Positions 1-10,803 of a stretch of 64,000 nucleotides of DNA are shown here, piece by piece; within the stretch, counting starts at the first letter, position 1; each line of letters opens with the position of its first letter. Origin of the DNA: Mobula hypostoma (Eukaryota). The notes beneath the pieces are model-generated. The model was not told the origin of the DNA and made no database searches. It worked only from the letters and a program-made list of their open reading frames with translations. The position numbers and the translations under genes were made by a program. Location of the stretch: positions 30,258,001 through 30,322,000 of the forward strand of contig NC_086109.1 in assembly GCF_963921235.1 (NCBI RefSeq). Direction: 5' to 3'.

Positions 1-1211
1 AGTATTGTCGTATACTAGTCAAAAGGCATTTTGGTTCCACAGATCATATTAAAATTGATTTGAATACAAGTAAAAACAAACAACAGGGGACCATGTGAAT
101 TGGCAGTTAGATAGAAAACAGTAGAAATAAACAGATCAGCCTTGTTTGACAGACTGTGACTCATGGGTTACCAGAAGAATCTGCTTGTGTCCCATCTGTT
201 CACAATCCATTCTCAATAATTTGACTGAGGTGACCAAATGTAATATTTTTGAGTTTGATGGCGACATGAGAACGTAAGCCGCAAGTTTCTGCAAAAAGAC
301 CTCAAACTGATTTGGAGCGAAGTGACATACAGACGAAGTATATCGTGGAAAAATTGAGTTATTATACTTTGTTATAAAAGATGCTGCGTATTTTTAGTGA
401 GATCATGGAAACTGCTGGCCGTCCAAGGCACCCGACAGCCTTTGTATACTAGTTTCTAAATGTAAGATGCAGGTAGAGAAAGCAGAAAGGAGAGCATATG
501 ATATGGCGGCGCACATTGCTAGACACCATGAGCAAAAGAATAAATATGTTTTACTAAAATTATAGGGGGCTATGAGGGGTGATTGTTAAGTTCATGGCCT
601 AAGGTAGAAGGAGTCAATTTTAGAAAACCTAGCACATTTATTTTTCCTACATTTACACACTTAGTCCAGCAGTCGTGGAGCATACGGATCCCTTCTTTGT
701 AGAAGTTGGTGTCTTGGACCTCCAGAAAGTGGTCCACAGCAGGGATGATTGATAAGTTCATGGCCAAAGATACAAGGAGATGAGTTATTAACTTTAATCT
801 TTATGCGTTTTCACTCAGAGTTGAACTGCACGTGCATGTAACAAGAGCTGTATAACTCATCTCCTTCTACCTAAGGCCATAAACTTATCAATCACCCCTG
901 CTGTGGACAACCTGGAGGTCCAAGAAGCTCTTGTTACATACACGTGCAGTTCAACTCTTTGAGTGATAATGCAGAAAGTTTGAAGTTAACTTATCTCCTT
1001 CTACCTTAGGCCACAAACTTACTGACCACTTCTACAAAGAAGGGATCCGTATGCTCCACGACTGCTGGACTAAGTGTGTACATGTAGGAGGGGACTATGT
1101 TGAAAAATAAATGTAAACACGAGGAATTCTGCAGATGCTGGAAATTCAAGCAACACACATCAAAGTTGCTGGTGAACGCAGCAGGCCAGGCAGCATCTCT
1201 AGGAAGAGGTA

Positions 1212-1249
1212 CAGTCGACGTTTCGGGCCAAGACCCTTCGTCAGGACTA
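1212..1249 (-). ncRNA. Minimal type I hammerhead ribozyme motif (Penelope-associated)
   Basis: Minus strand reads agtc-CTGACGA-a-ggg-tcttgg-ccc-GAAA-cgTC-gact: conserved core, stem I agtc/gact, stem II ggg/ccc. Confidence 0.7.
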
Positions 1250-1847
1250 ACTGAAGGAAGAGTTAGTAAGAGATTTGAAAGTTGGAGGGGGAGGGGGAGA
1301 TCGAAAATGATAGGAGAAGACAGGAGGGGGAGGGATGGAGCCAAGAGCTGGACAGTTGATTGGCAAAAGGGATATGAGAGGATAATGGAATGGGAGGCCC
1401 AGGGAGAAAGAAAAGGGGGAGGGGGGTAAATCCCAGAGGATGGGCAAGGGGTATGGTGAGAGGGACAGAGGGAGAAAAAGGAGAGAGAGAGAAAAAGAAT
1501 GTGTGAAATTTATTTATTTATTTATTGATATACTCGTGCCCCATTAGTTATTTATTTATGTACTGGTGCCCCATCCGTTATTTATTTATATACAGACATT
1601 CTTTCTCTCTCTCTCTCCTTTTTCGCCCTCTGTCCCTCTGACTATACCCCTTGCCCATCCTCTGGGTTTTTTCCCCCCTCCCCCTTTTCCTTCTCCCTAG
1701 GCCTTCTGTCCCATGATCCTCTCATATCTCTCGCCAATCACCTGTCCAGCTCTTGGCTCCATCCCTCCCCCTCCTGTCTTCTCCCATCATTTCGGATCTC
1801 CCCCTCCCCCTCCCACTTTCAAATCTCTTACTAGCTCTTCTTTCAGT

Positions 1848-1885
1848 TAGTCCTGACGAAGGGTCTCTGCCCGAAACGTCGATTG
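1848..1885 (+). ncRNA. Minimal type I hammerhead ribozyme motif (Penelope-associated)
   Basis: agtc-CTGACGA(1853-1859)-a-ggg-tctctg-ccc-GAAA(1873-1876)-cgTC-gatt. Predicted cleavage after 1880. Confidence 0.7.
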
Positions 1886-3809
1886 TTACCTCTTCCTAGA
1901 GATGCTGCCTGGCCTGCTGCATTCACCAGCAACTTTGATGTGTGTTGCTTGAAAAACAAATGTGCTAGGTTTTCTAAAATTGACTCCTACCTTAGGCCAC
2001 AAACTTATCAATCACCCCTCATATATTGAATCCACACCTGAGTATTGTGAGCAATTTTGGTCAACAGAACAAACAATCAAATGTATTTGTTATAGAGGAA
2101 GTGCAGGAAAGATTCTCCAGACTAATTCTTGAGGTGGTAGATTTGTCATTTGATCATAATTGAACTATCTTGGCTTCTGTTCTTTAAAGTTCAGAAGAAT
2201 GAGAGGTGGCCTCATAGAAATGTACAACATTTTCTCCCAGAATCAGCAGGGTTGATAAGAGAAGGATGTTCGTCCTCACTGGGAAGCCCAGAACAAGAGA
2301 TCATGGACTCAAAAATTAAAGGAAATAAGCCATTTAGGTCCAAAGTTCAATACTCATCCCAAAAGCTTAGTCAGTGATTTTATTCAAAACTGAACTGAAA
2401 TAGACTTTTTATGTATTAGAAGAATCAAAAAGTATGAGATAAAGCAGAAAAGTGATGCTGAGGTGAAAGATCAGTCTTGACCTTGGTGATTGGTAGAATA
2501 GGCCCATGTGTGTGAAAAGCCTACCTTTGCTTCTATTTTTTATGTTCATATTAAAATCAGAAAAGTTGCAGTGACTGTAAATACAAAGCACAAACAGAAA
2601 TGCTGGAAACACTCAACAAGTTAAGCAACATCTTTGCAAAGAGAAAAAAAAATCGTATTTCTAGTCTACCCACATAACCAAAATTCTTCTTCCCTGGAAT
2701 CATTCCATGATATCTCTTCTGCATCCTTATTGAAGACTGCAACTCTCTCCTAAAGTGTGCCACTGAGCCTAGCACTCCAGGTGTGGCTGAACTAAAAGAA
2801 GCAGTGAACTCAATAGTAAAGAAAAATCTGAAGTATAAACAAAAATGCTATAAATACTTAGTTTCCATGAATGGTAATTTATCTGCTGATAGTTTCCAAC
2901 ATTTTCTGCTTTTTATTAATACTCTTTTCAGCAAGCAAGACTCAATCTCCTGATAGCAATGTTGTGCTAAAGCAGGAGATAAGCACCTTCTAACTCTACT
3001 GGAGAAGTGTTCATTTCTCACAAACACATCAGTAAGTACATAAGCTCATTAAAAATAAGCAAGCATATCGATATTTGCAACAATATTGTACTATGAACTT
3101 GATATGTTATACTGGGTTGCTGGAATGTACTCTTTAAAAATGGTAAATATAGTTAACTCAGCAATAAATCAATGTGTCTAGCTGCCTTACTCTAGAATCT
3201 GTAAGAGTTCTTATAATCTCAAAATAACAATTTGAATATATCTTCATGCAGCTAACCAAGTGTTTCATATCAACTCTTTTGAAATTTGCTAGTTCCGTTA
3301 GCTTCAGATTTCACTGATTCCTTATTACTTGTTGTGAGTTAAAACAGGATTGATTCAAAGTGATGTGCCCTAAAGGGAACCATCAATGAAACAATTCAGT
3401 TAGGCACCTTCTTCCAAGTTTAATTTAGTGGTCAGAACAGCAGTTGAGAAGGTTCTTTCATCATATTTCCAACACCTATCTCTGAGTGGAAATTTATGAA
3501 TCTTTTATTTCCACTTCAATACTTAACAGGTTTAACAAATCAGCTCACAGGAAGGTAGAATGATGTGAAATTTACAAACACGTAAACATATTTTCTTAGC
3601 CTCAGTATATCCCAAGGAAAATGAAAGGTAATTCAATCTTTTGACTAAATCAATTTTTTAATCTCAGGAACAGTAATGAATAGCAGATTTTTTTTTGGTG
3701 CAGCTTTGACGGTTACATGTTGATGACTGCATAGGACAATAACTATTCCTCTATTCCTCATTCTGTATTTCCTTATGATATGGAAATGCCATTCAATCTA
3801 TTGTGCCTA

Positions 3810-4095
3810 TGTGGGTCAGAGAACATTCGCATATCTCATTGATTTTTACTGTAATCTATTTTCCTCACAGTCCAACCAGCTCCTTTGCACACCCTCCACT
3901 CAGATCCTACCACTCAGCTACACAATGGGGTAATTCACAGTGGCAAATATTGCATGTGGGACAAATCCAAAGCACCCAGAGAGAGCCTACGTGATCATAG
4001 GGAGAACAGGGAGACTCTACAAACTCAAAACTAGAAGTCAGAATTGAACCCAACTCACTGATACTGTTGGGCAATAGTTATATCTTCTTTAATCT
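3810..4095 (-). mobile_element. HE1-like (V-SINE type) SINE, degenerate
   Basis: Reverse-complement motifs resembling ...gagcacccggag...gggagaac...gaattgaaccc (tRNA B-box), shared with the other SINE copies in the window. Confidence 0.55.
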
Positions 4096-6127
4096 ATTAT
4101 GGCATTTTAATTTGAACTGGCAAGCTAGACCTCATTTGGGTACAGTACCTCATTTGAAAGATGCACCTCTGTTAATGCAAAATCTCAAGATGTACCTCTG
4201 TTGATGCAAAATCTCAAGATGTGACACCTGTGCGTAAACCCCATACCAAAGTTTGAAAATGCTGCATTCCTCTTATCTATCCCAAGTTGCACTAACAGCT
4301 GTTGATATCAAAAAATCAATTACCTTTTGTGAGACAAGTAGTATGTAGGCAAACCTCGATAGATCTGACAGGTCTCCTCTCCTGAACCACATGAGGAGTA
4401 ATAGTTTTCTTTTTACAGTATTCTCTTAATCATTTTTTCTAATATTATCCCACTGATGTCCCAGTATTCTGGCGAAATTTAACCCTACATTATATCCTGG
4501 GTGGGAGCCCTGTATCGTGATGTAACATCCCGTTCCCAACAGTGCCAGTCTCACTATTACTTAATACTTTTATCAAGAGCAAAAGCTTCTATATTTAAAA
4601 AAATCAAAAAAGTTAAATACCATGGCTAATAAAGAAATTATAGCCACTTCAATATCAGTTAATGCTATAGTTCAGTTATTTTATCAGTTATATCAACTCT
4701 GTTGTTCCCTAGGTTACAAATGACATGACTTAAAGAAATCCAACTTCACTCAAATTCTCTGATACATTTTAAAGCATTTTTCAAGCTGTTTCTGTTCATT
4801 TCATTGTAATAGTATTTTGGGGGTGGGATATTCACTGGAATTAAAAAATTATGGCAAGTGTATGTCGAGCAATATGATATGGGCAGCAAGGAATCCAGGC
4901 GACTCTAACTTGGTATGAAATCAGTTTGTAGAACGTCCAGGAAGTGGCTGTATGTGTGTTTAGATATTTGAAACACCCAAGATAAGGTAATATTTGAGAA
5001 AAATATAAAGAGAAGTGAATTTTAGTTGAGCTGATTTTGTATTGGATCAGTGTTTGTTGTAGTGTATTGCAATATGTATTTCTACCATGGCATTGCAAAT
5101 GTTTATCTTTTTGCACCAGCTTGCCATTCCAGTATGTGTGTGTTTTTTTTAAATACTGAGAGATTCTTCATTAATGATTGATTGTGCAGTGATGAATTGA
5201 AGATTGACTTGGGCTTAACCCGACAACCTAACCTAACGAAATAAGTGGCCCAACACTGCCTGAGGCCACATCTCGCATGATTCCACAATGTTACAGACCA
5301 TAAACATGCTGGAGTAAATATCAGGTATGTGGTTGGTCTGCTCATGTATTGAATAGTTGACCCTAGTAATACTTGGGCATTCACAAGTTACATGATAGAC
5401 ACAACATTGTTCAGCTCTCATGCTGGATCAAATAAGGAAGAAAAAAACGTAGAGTGGTTATAGGTGGAAATAGTGAGATTCAAATTTGTCTATATTGTCT
5501 TTTTTTATTTAAAGGTAAATGTACCTTTATTCTTATATTCAAACCGCTTACATGTTTGAATACTAATTAACAAAGTTTCATTCTATTTTAACAGAAAAGT
5601 CTGTAACATTCACCTTTAAATTTTGTTCTGAAGGAGAATAGACTCAAACGTGGCTGGTTATGATGTTCATGCCTTTCTATTCATTTAGTGTAATTATTCC
5701 CAATTTGATAACCCAGAAAATTAGTTTCCTTCATGGTTCAATGCTTGGATCACTGAAGTTTTTGATATACAGGAATAAAGACAAGTACAGGGCAAATTTT
5801 GCAAATTTCACATGGTGTGAAACTTGTATGTGTTGGAATTATTGAGGAGATTGGGAACTGACTTCAGGAATTATTCAGCAAGATGATGAACATGAGATAT
5901 GAAATTCAATTCAGGGAGGTATGATATATATTTTATTGGGAAAATATGTGGCCAAATAATACATGCCTAATGGTATAATTTGTAGCAGACAGAGCAGATA
6001 TGGGAGTGAGCACCCTGATTTTCAGATGTCACTTCAGATCCTGGTGGAAAGAATAGATGCCATAGCCAGTAGCTCTGTGGAGTTGTGTCATACTGTCTCA
6101 GTTGGTTTGTGTGGGGCAGCTAACTAG

Positions 6128-6207
6128 TGTATGTATATATATACATACATACATACACTTTAAGTGAAATACGAATTGGGTTGTGGTGTATGTGTGAGTG
6201 TGCATGC

Positions 6208-6260
<53 letters not shown>

Positions 6261-6309
6261 CACACACACACACACACACTTTAAGTGAAATACGAATTGA
6301 TTTGTGATG
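6128..6309. repeat. Compound microsatellite (TG)n(TA)n(CA)n between two copies of a ~33-bp direct repeat
   Basis: cactttaagtgaaatacgaattg at 6156 and 6277; dinucleotide tracts at 6189-6279. Confidence 0.9.
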
Positions 6310-6514
6310 CTTCAGAGTTCAGTTTTTCATTGGGTTAAACATATTCTATCATTTCTTTTAATTTTTCCATCTTAGATTTTGTACTGGAAATTGAAGGTGA
6401 TTGTAAATGATGAGAATGAGGTGAATAGAAAAAAATTGGTTTATTCTAGCAAAGGGCAGTTGGGGTACAGTGGGCATCTTGGAATAGGAGGCTATTCAGA
6501 GGATGGGGAGCTTA

Positions 6515-6615
6515 AGCCCTGATGAAGGGTCTCGGCCCAAAATGTCGTCTGCTTTCTCTTTTCCATAGATGCTGCCTGGTCTGCTGAGTTCCTCCAGCAT
6601 TTTGTGTGTGTTACT
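6515..6615 (+). mobile_element. Penelope-like terminal repeat fragment with a decayed hammerhead
   Basis: ccctgatgaagggtctcggcccaaaatgtc...gatgctgcctggtctgctgagttcctccagcattttgtgtgtg; GAAA has become AAAA. Confidence 0.7.
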
Positions 6616-7259
6616 TAAGAAAACATTGGCATGGTTCAAACATGTTATATTTAGCTTTGAAAAATGAAATTCTATAACTTGACTATTTGTCAGTTTACTC
6701 TTCTAGAGCAGGTTTGGTCTGGCTTGTTTGTATTCCTAATATTACACTAAGGAATTACTTCTCTGCCTGACCTGAATCTAAGACCCTGTTGATTTCAGAC
6801 GATTGTTGAGCTTTAGATCAGAAGACAATGGAAAGTTAAGTTGATATTCATTCAAAGCAAAATAACTAATATTTAATAACAAATGTATTAGTAACACTAA
6901 TTTACTAAAATGGTTACTTCACTCTTAATATCTGTAAAAATTTTGAATGTTAGAGACATTTCAAATTTATTAAAATTAGTGACACTTTCACAGTTGGCAA
7001 AGCCTATTTTAAGGGTTCCCGGGTCTTCTACATACTTAAGTGCCAGGATCTTCACGCTGGGCACCATAGGGACCATGCCACAACAATCGGGTGTGGAAGG
7101 ATCAGTGTGATAGACCTTCTATATTTGGCCTAGGAAAATGCAGGAATGGGAAGTCAAAGCCCCAGTGGAATATTAATTATTTTAGTGGAGAAAGAATTAC
7201 ACATTTTTCTGAAATTACCATAGGAATTTCTACATGGATTAAGGAGCTAGCTTTTACTA

Positions 7260-8570
7260 CAAAGATTCATGTTAAGTGGTACACATCAAGACAAGTACGT
7301 TTCGGCCCAATTAATTAGCTGCCCTAATGAGCTGATGTTCAATGGAAATAATTAAAACAGTATAAAAAAGGCAAACTAGTGTTTAACTGAGGAACAAATT
7401 ATGTATTTAAATGAAATAAAGAATAAATTAGAACACTCCCAATGCTACCACAGTATAAAACAGTGTACTAGTTCCTAATAGTTATCGATGGAGGCAGTCA
7501 TCCAATGTACACTGCTGTGTATAGGATGACCAAAGAGGGATAACACCTCTGGTGAGGGGATTTTTCATGTTCATTCTAGGGCAGCTCACTCACCTTTAGT
7601 CCCCATCAGACAGTCAGCTTTCACCTGTGGGTCCAAGTAGCTGTCTGTATGCAAAAGTGTCCACACCCTGGTGCACCACTTCAACTGGCATGCTAAACCA
7701 GGTGTGGGTAGCCGGTGGACCTAATACGCCAATGATATAAGGACGTGAGTGTCCCAGCATACACAGTCAGTTCTGGTGGACTGGATGGATGAGATTCAGC
7801 GGCCTCATGAGATGGTTTTGAATGCCTCGTGGCGAGCGAAGGACATGGTAAGGCACCGGAGAACTCACGATTATCCACTGCAATAGAGGAAGACCCTAGT
7901 AACTACTCGTACCACTGAACCCTGACTTCCAAGGTAAAGAGAGTGAAACTGTCCCAGTGCAACGGCTTTTCTACTTCAAAAACTTCCCTACACAGATTTC
8001 ATTGTTTTCATCAGATTCAATGGACAACCAACTTGCTATTGTGTTCTCTTGATTGACTGGAGGTGAACAAGATTAGTGCAGTCAGCTAGTGCAAATATGG
8101 ACTGCCTTCATACAATGCTTTCAACAACTGCATACTCCAAATCTTCACTTTCATTATAGCGTTCAAGATGATTGTTGATGTCTTCAAAGTCTTCATAGTT
8201 TTTAACTTGAAATGGTGAAATCCTTTCATTTTTACTTGGCATCTCCAAACCGCAGTAAGCAGAACAATTCTAAATAGTCTTACTGCTTATTTCTCACCAA
8301 CTGTCACTGACAAAGTTCACTGCCTTTTAGCACAAACACGCACTACTGACACTAAAAACTGTTCACTCTAAGCATGGCATATGTGTCTAATAGCCACATA
8401 GTTACACACAACAGATGCTAGTTATAAACTGTTTGACAAGTCTCCTGTCCAATTAAGCAGCATCGTGTCCCAAATAAATGAAGGCTATCCCAGCTATTTT
8501 CTCAATGAGTTTTTGTTCATTAAAAGTTGTCCCATAAAAGTGCCTGTGCCAATTAACCAGAATACATTGT
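7260..8570. mobile_element. Old Tigger/pogo-like non-autonomous DNA transposon with an RTE-like insert (~7520-8035)
   Basis: Degenerate inverted ends (gattcatgttaagtgg... / ccaattaaccagaatacattg|ta). The internal segment has a different, more GC-rich composition typical of RTE 5' regions. Confidence 0.45.
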
Positions 8571-9974
8571 AATAATAAAACGTGGCTTTATTTGACAATG
8601 CAATCAATTGAGCTCAAATCCAGACAACATTTTATTTTTATTCCTACCAAAGGCATTTAAACGAATACTGCAGTGGAGTCAAAGATGGCTTTAAATATAT
8701 ATTAATATCAATTAACTATATCCCCCATGGCTCAATTCTATAAATCTATTTAAATAACCTATGACACCACTGTGTCATGTCAGACACAAGTAATTTTGTG
8801 TCTTGATATCCCTGCATATCTTGCTTATAATTCTCAACTCATCAAATTTCACGTCACATGCCGGTGATAATAAACTTGATTCTGATTCTGATAAAATTGT
8901 TATTATAAAAAGTAAAGGCTTAACTCAATTCTGAGAGGTTCGTTGCTTTACTGATTTAATATTAACATTTGATGCTTAAAGCCAATATTAATAATTTTTA
9001 GAGATAGTAACTTTTTGCTGTTGTGTTTTTCCTCTCTGCTAGTCAAAACCATATCTTTGGTCCCATCTATGTTAAGTCTTCTCTGAAGAATATATTGCAT
9101 TCTGTTATCCAAGATATTATGGAGTAATATTATTGTGATAAGCTGTGATTTATTGATCTACAAAGTTTGTTTTATCGTAAAAGAAGGAAAAAAAAGAAAA
9201 TGGGTATGCCTGCTTACCACTTTCTTTCATTCAATCATGAAATCATTTTTCCTTTGCTATCTTCATTTCTGTTAAACGGGCCAGAATTTTGGTCACGTTA
9301 ATCAAGCTGTTTAAAAAAGACTGCTTATTTAAAAATAATTTTTAACATTTCTTGCTTTAAAATTAGTTAATTTTCAATATAAATCTGTTACTGCTCTAAT
9401 GCTGTGCAAGGAGTTTGTGTTACAGAAATTGCCATCTTTACATTCAAAGTTGTTGACTGTTTTGGGAATTTTCGGTATGTTTTTGGTTTAACCAAGTGAT
9501 CTATTGCTATTCACTATTTCGCAGGAGTTTTACATAAGCAAACCATTTCTCTAAAACTAGTTTTGCATTTCTTGCAAACCAAGAGTAGATGATCTGCATG
9601 AAAATTACAGGAATCATAAGGTCATAGTCCAGATTTTTTTCCTCTTGTAAATCATAGTTTAACATGCTAGTATCTTTCCTGTTGTGCCATAGGCTTTTAT
9701 CTTGTTTAGCTGCCTTGTGTTTAGCATATTGTCGCTCTCAAATTTCTGGTATGCTGCTGGTGTCTTTCCACAGTGATGCAAAATACGTATTCAGTTCTCC
9801 TGCCATTTTTTTCCCCATTCCTACCTCTTCAGTATCATTTTCTAGAAGTCCAATGTCTACTCTTGCTTCTCTTTTAGTTTCATTTATGTATCTAAATACA
9901 TTTTTGCATCCACTTTTGTATTATTGGCTAGCTTACTTTCATATTTCATCTTTTCTCTCCTTGTTTAATTTAGT

Positions 9975-10062
9975 GCAGAAAGAAAAAAAGAGTGATAGTT
10001 CTCATGGATTCATTGTCCATTTAGAAATCCAATGGTGGAGGGGAAGAAGCTATTCCTGAAAC

Positions 10063-10096
<34 letters not shown>

Positions 10097-10390
10097 TTCA
10101 GCATCCTGTAACTCATCCTTGATGGTAGCAATGAGAAGAGGGCATGTTCTTGGGTGTCGGGGATCCTTAATGATGGATGTCAACTTTTTGAGGTATCACC
10201 TTTTGAAGGTGATCTCAGTGCTGGGGAGGCTAGTGCCCATGATAGAGCTGATTGAGTTTACAACTCTCTGCAGCTTTTTCCAATTCTCTGGAGCTGTCCC
10301 TCCATCGATGGTGATGCAACCAGTTAGAATGCTGTCCAATGTACATCTGTAGAAAATGTCTTTGGTGACATTTGGTGTCTTTGGTGACAA
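9975..10390 (-). mobile_element. Rex-Babar LINE 3' fragment (contains a (GT)n tract)
   Basis: ORF 10196-10390: FYRCTLDSILTGCIT...KKLQRVVNS, the Rex1/Babar RT C-terminal motif. Confidence 0.75.
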
Positions 10391-10403
10391 ACTCCTAATA
10401 AAA

Positions 10404-10803
10404 TTAGAAAGGAGGGAGGCAGAAAAAAGGAAATTATAGACCAGTTATCCTGACCTCAGTGGTTGGAAAGATGTTTGAATTGATTGTTAAGGATGAGGTT
10501 TCAGGTTACTTAGAGGCACATGATGAAATAGGTCAAAATCAACATGGTGTCCTTTAGGAGAAATTTTGCCTGACAAATCTATTGGAATTCTTTGAGGAAT
10601 TAACAGGCAAAATAGACGAAGGAGAATCGGTGGATGTTGTCTACTTGGATTTTCAGAAGGCCATTGACAAGGTGCTACATGTGAGGCTACTTAATAAGAA
10701 CCCATTGTATTGCAGGAAAGATATTATTATGGAGAGAAGTTTGGTTGATTGGCAGGAAGCAAAGAATGGGAATAAAGGGGCCTACTCTGGTTGGCTTCTG
10801 ATG
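10404..10803 (+). mobile_element. CR1 LINE RT fragment
   Basis: NYRPVILTSVVGK and LEFFEE...VDVVYLDFQKAxDKV motifs. Confidence 0.85.

Larger units (their letters stand above)
1115..1948. mobile_element. Penelope-like element terminal repeats inserted as an inverted pair
   Basis: Arm ~1115-1506 is the reverse complement of arm ~1590-1948. About 15 bp TSD: ttgaaaaataaatgt (1100-1114) / ttgaaaaacaaatgt (1949-1963). Each arm carries a hammerhead core. Confidence 0.8.
573..2021. mobile_element. Mariner-derived palindromic non-autonomous element, TA TSD (571-572 / 2022-2023)
   Basis: TIRs tgaggggtgattgttaagtt / aacttatcaatcacccctca. Both arms carry the mariner transposase C-terminus; the right arm reads FYKEGIRMLHDCWTKCVHVGGDYVEK* (about 1030-1110 +), and the left arm carries a copy on - at about 640-705. 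Confidence 0.85.
1..2540 (+). mobile_element. Old CR1 LINE ORF2/3' remnant, interrupted at 571-2023 by a mariner MITE
   Basis: The flanks rejoin to a degenerate [17 protein letters not shown] motif (ccacacctgagtattgtgagcaattttggtc at ~2031). CR1-like 3' tail near 2470-2540. Confidence 0.65.

Noticed and set aside
573..1030. Recurring ~30-bp motif with spacers, superficially CRISPR-like
   Set aside because: Mixed orientations, irregular spacing and eukaryotic context; explained as mariner TIR copies.
1006..1447. ORFs of 66-112 aa (and similar ones at 29051-29347 and 40002-40485)
   Set aside because: Chance frames across the non-coding Penelope terminal repeat; the same peptides recur at each copy.
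4158..4222. 29-bp tandem duplication (aagatgcacctctgttaatgcaaaatctc)
   Set aside because: Ordinary slippage duplication of about 2.2 copies; no further structure.
4320..5420. Short ORFs and splice-like signals suggesting a nested gene or extra exon
   Set aside because: No recognisable homology, stops in the plausible frames, and no consistent exon chain.
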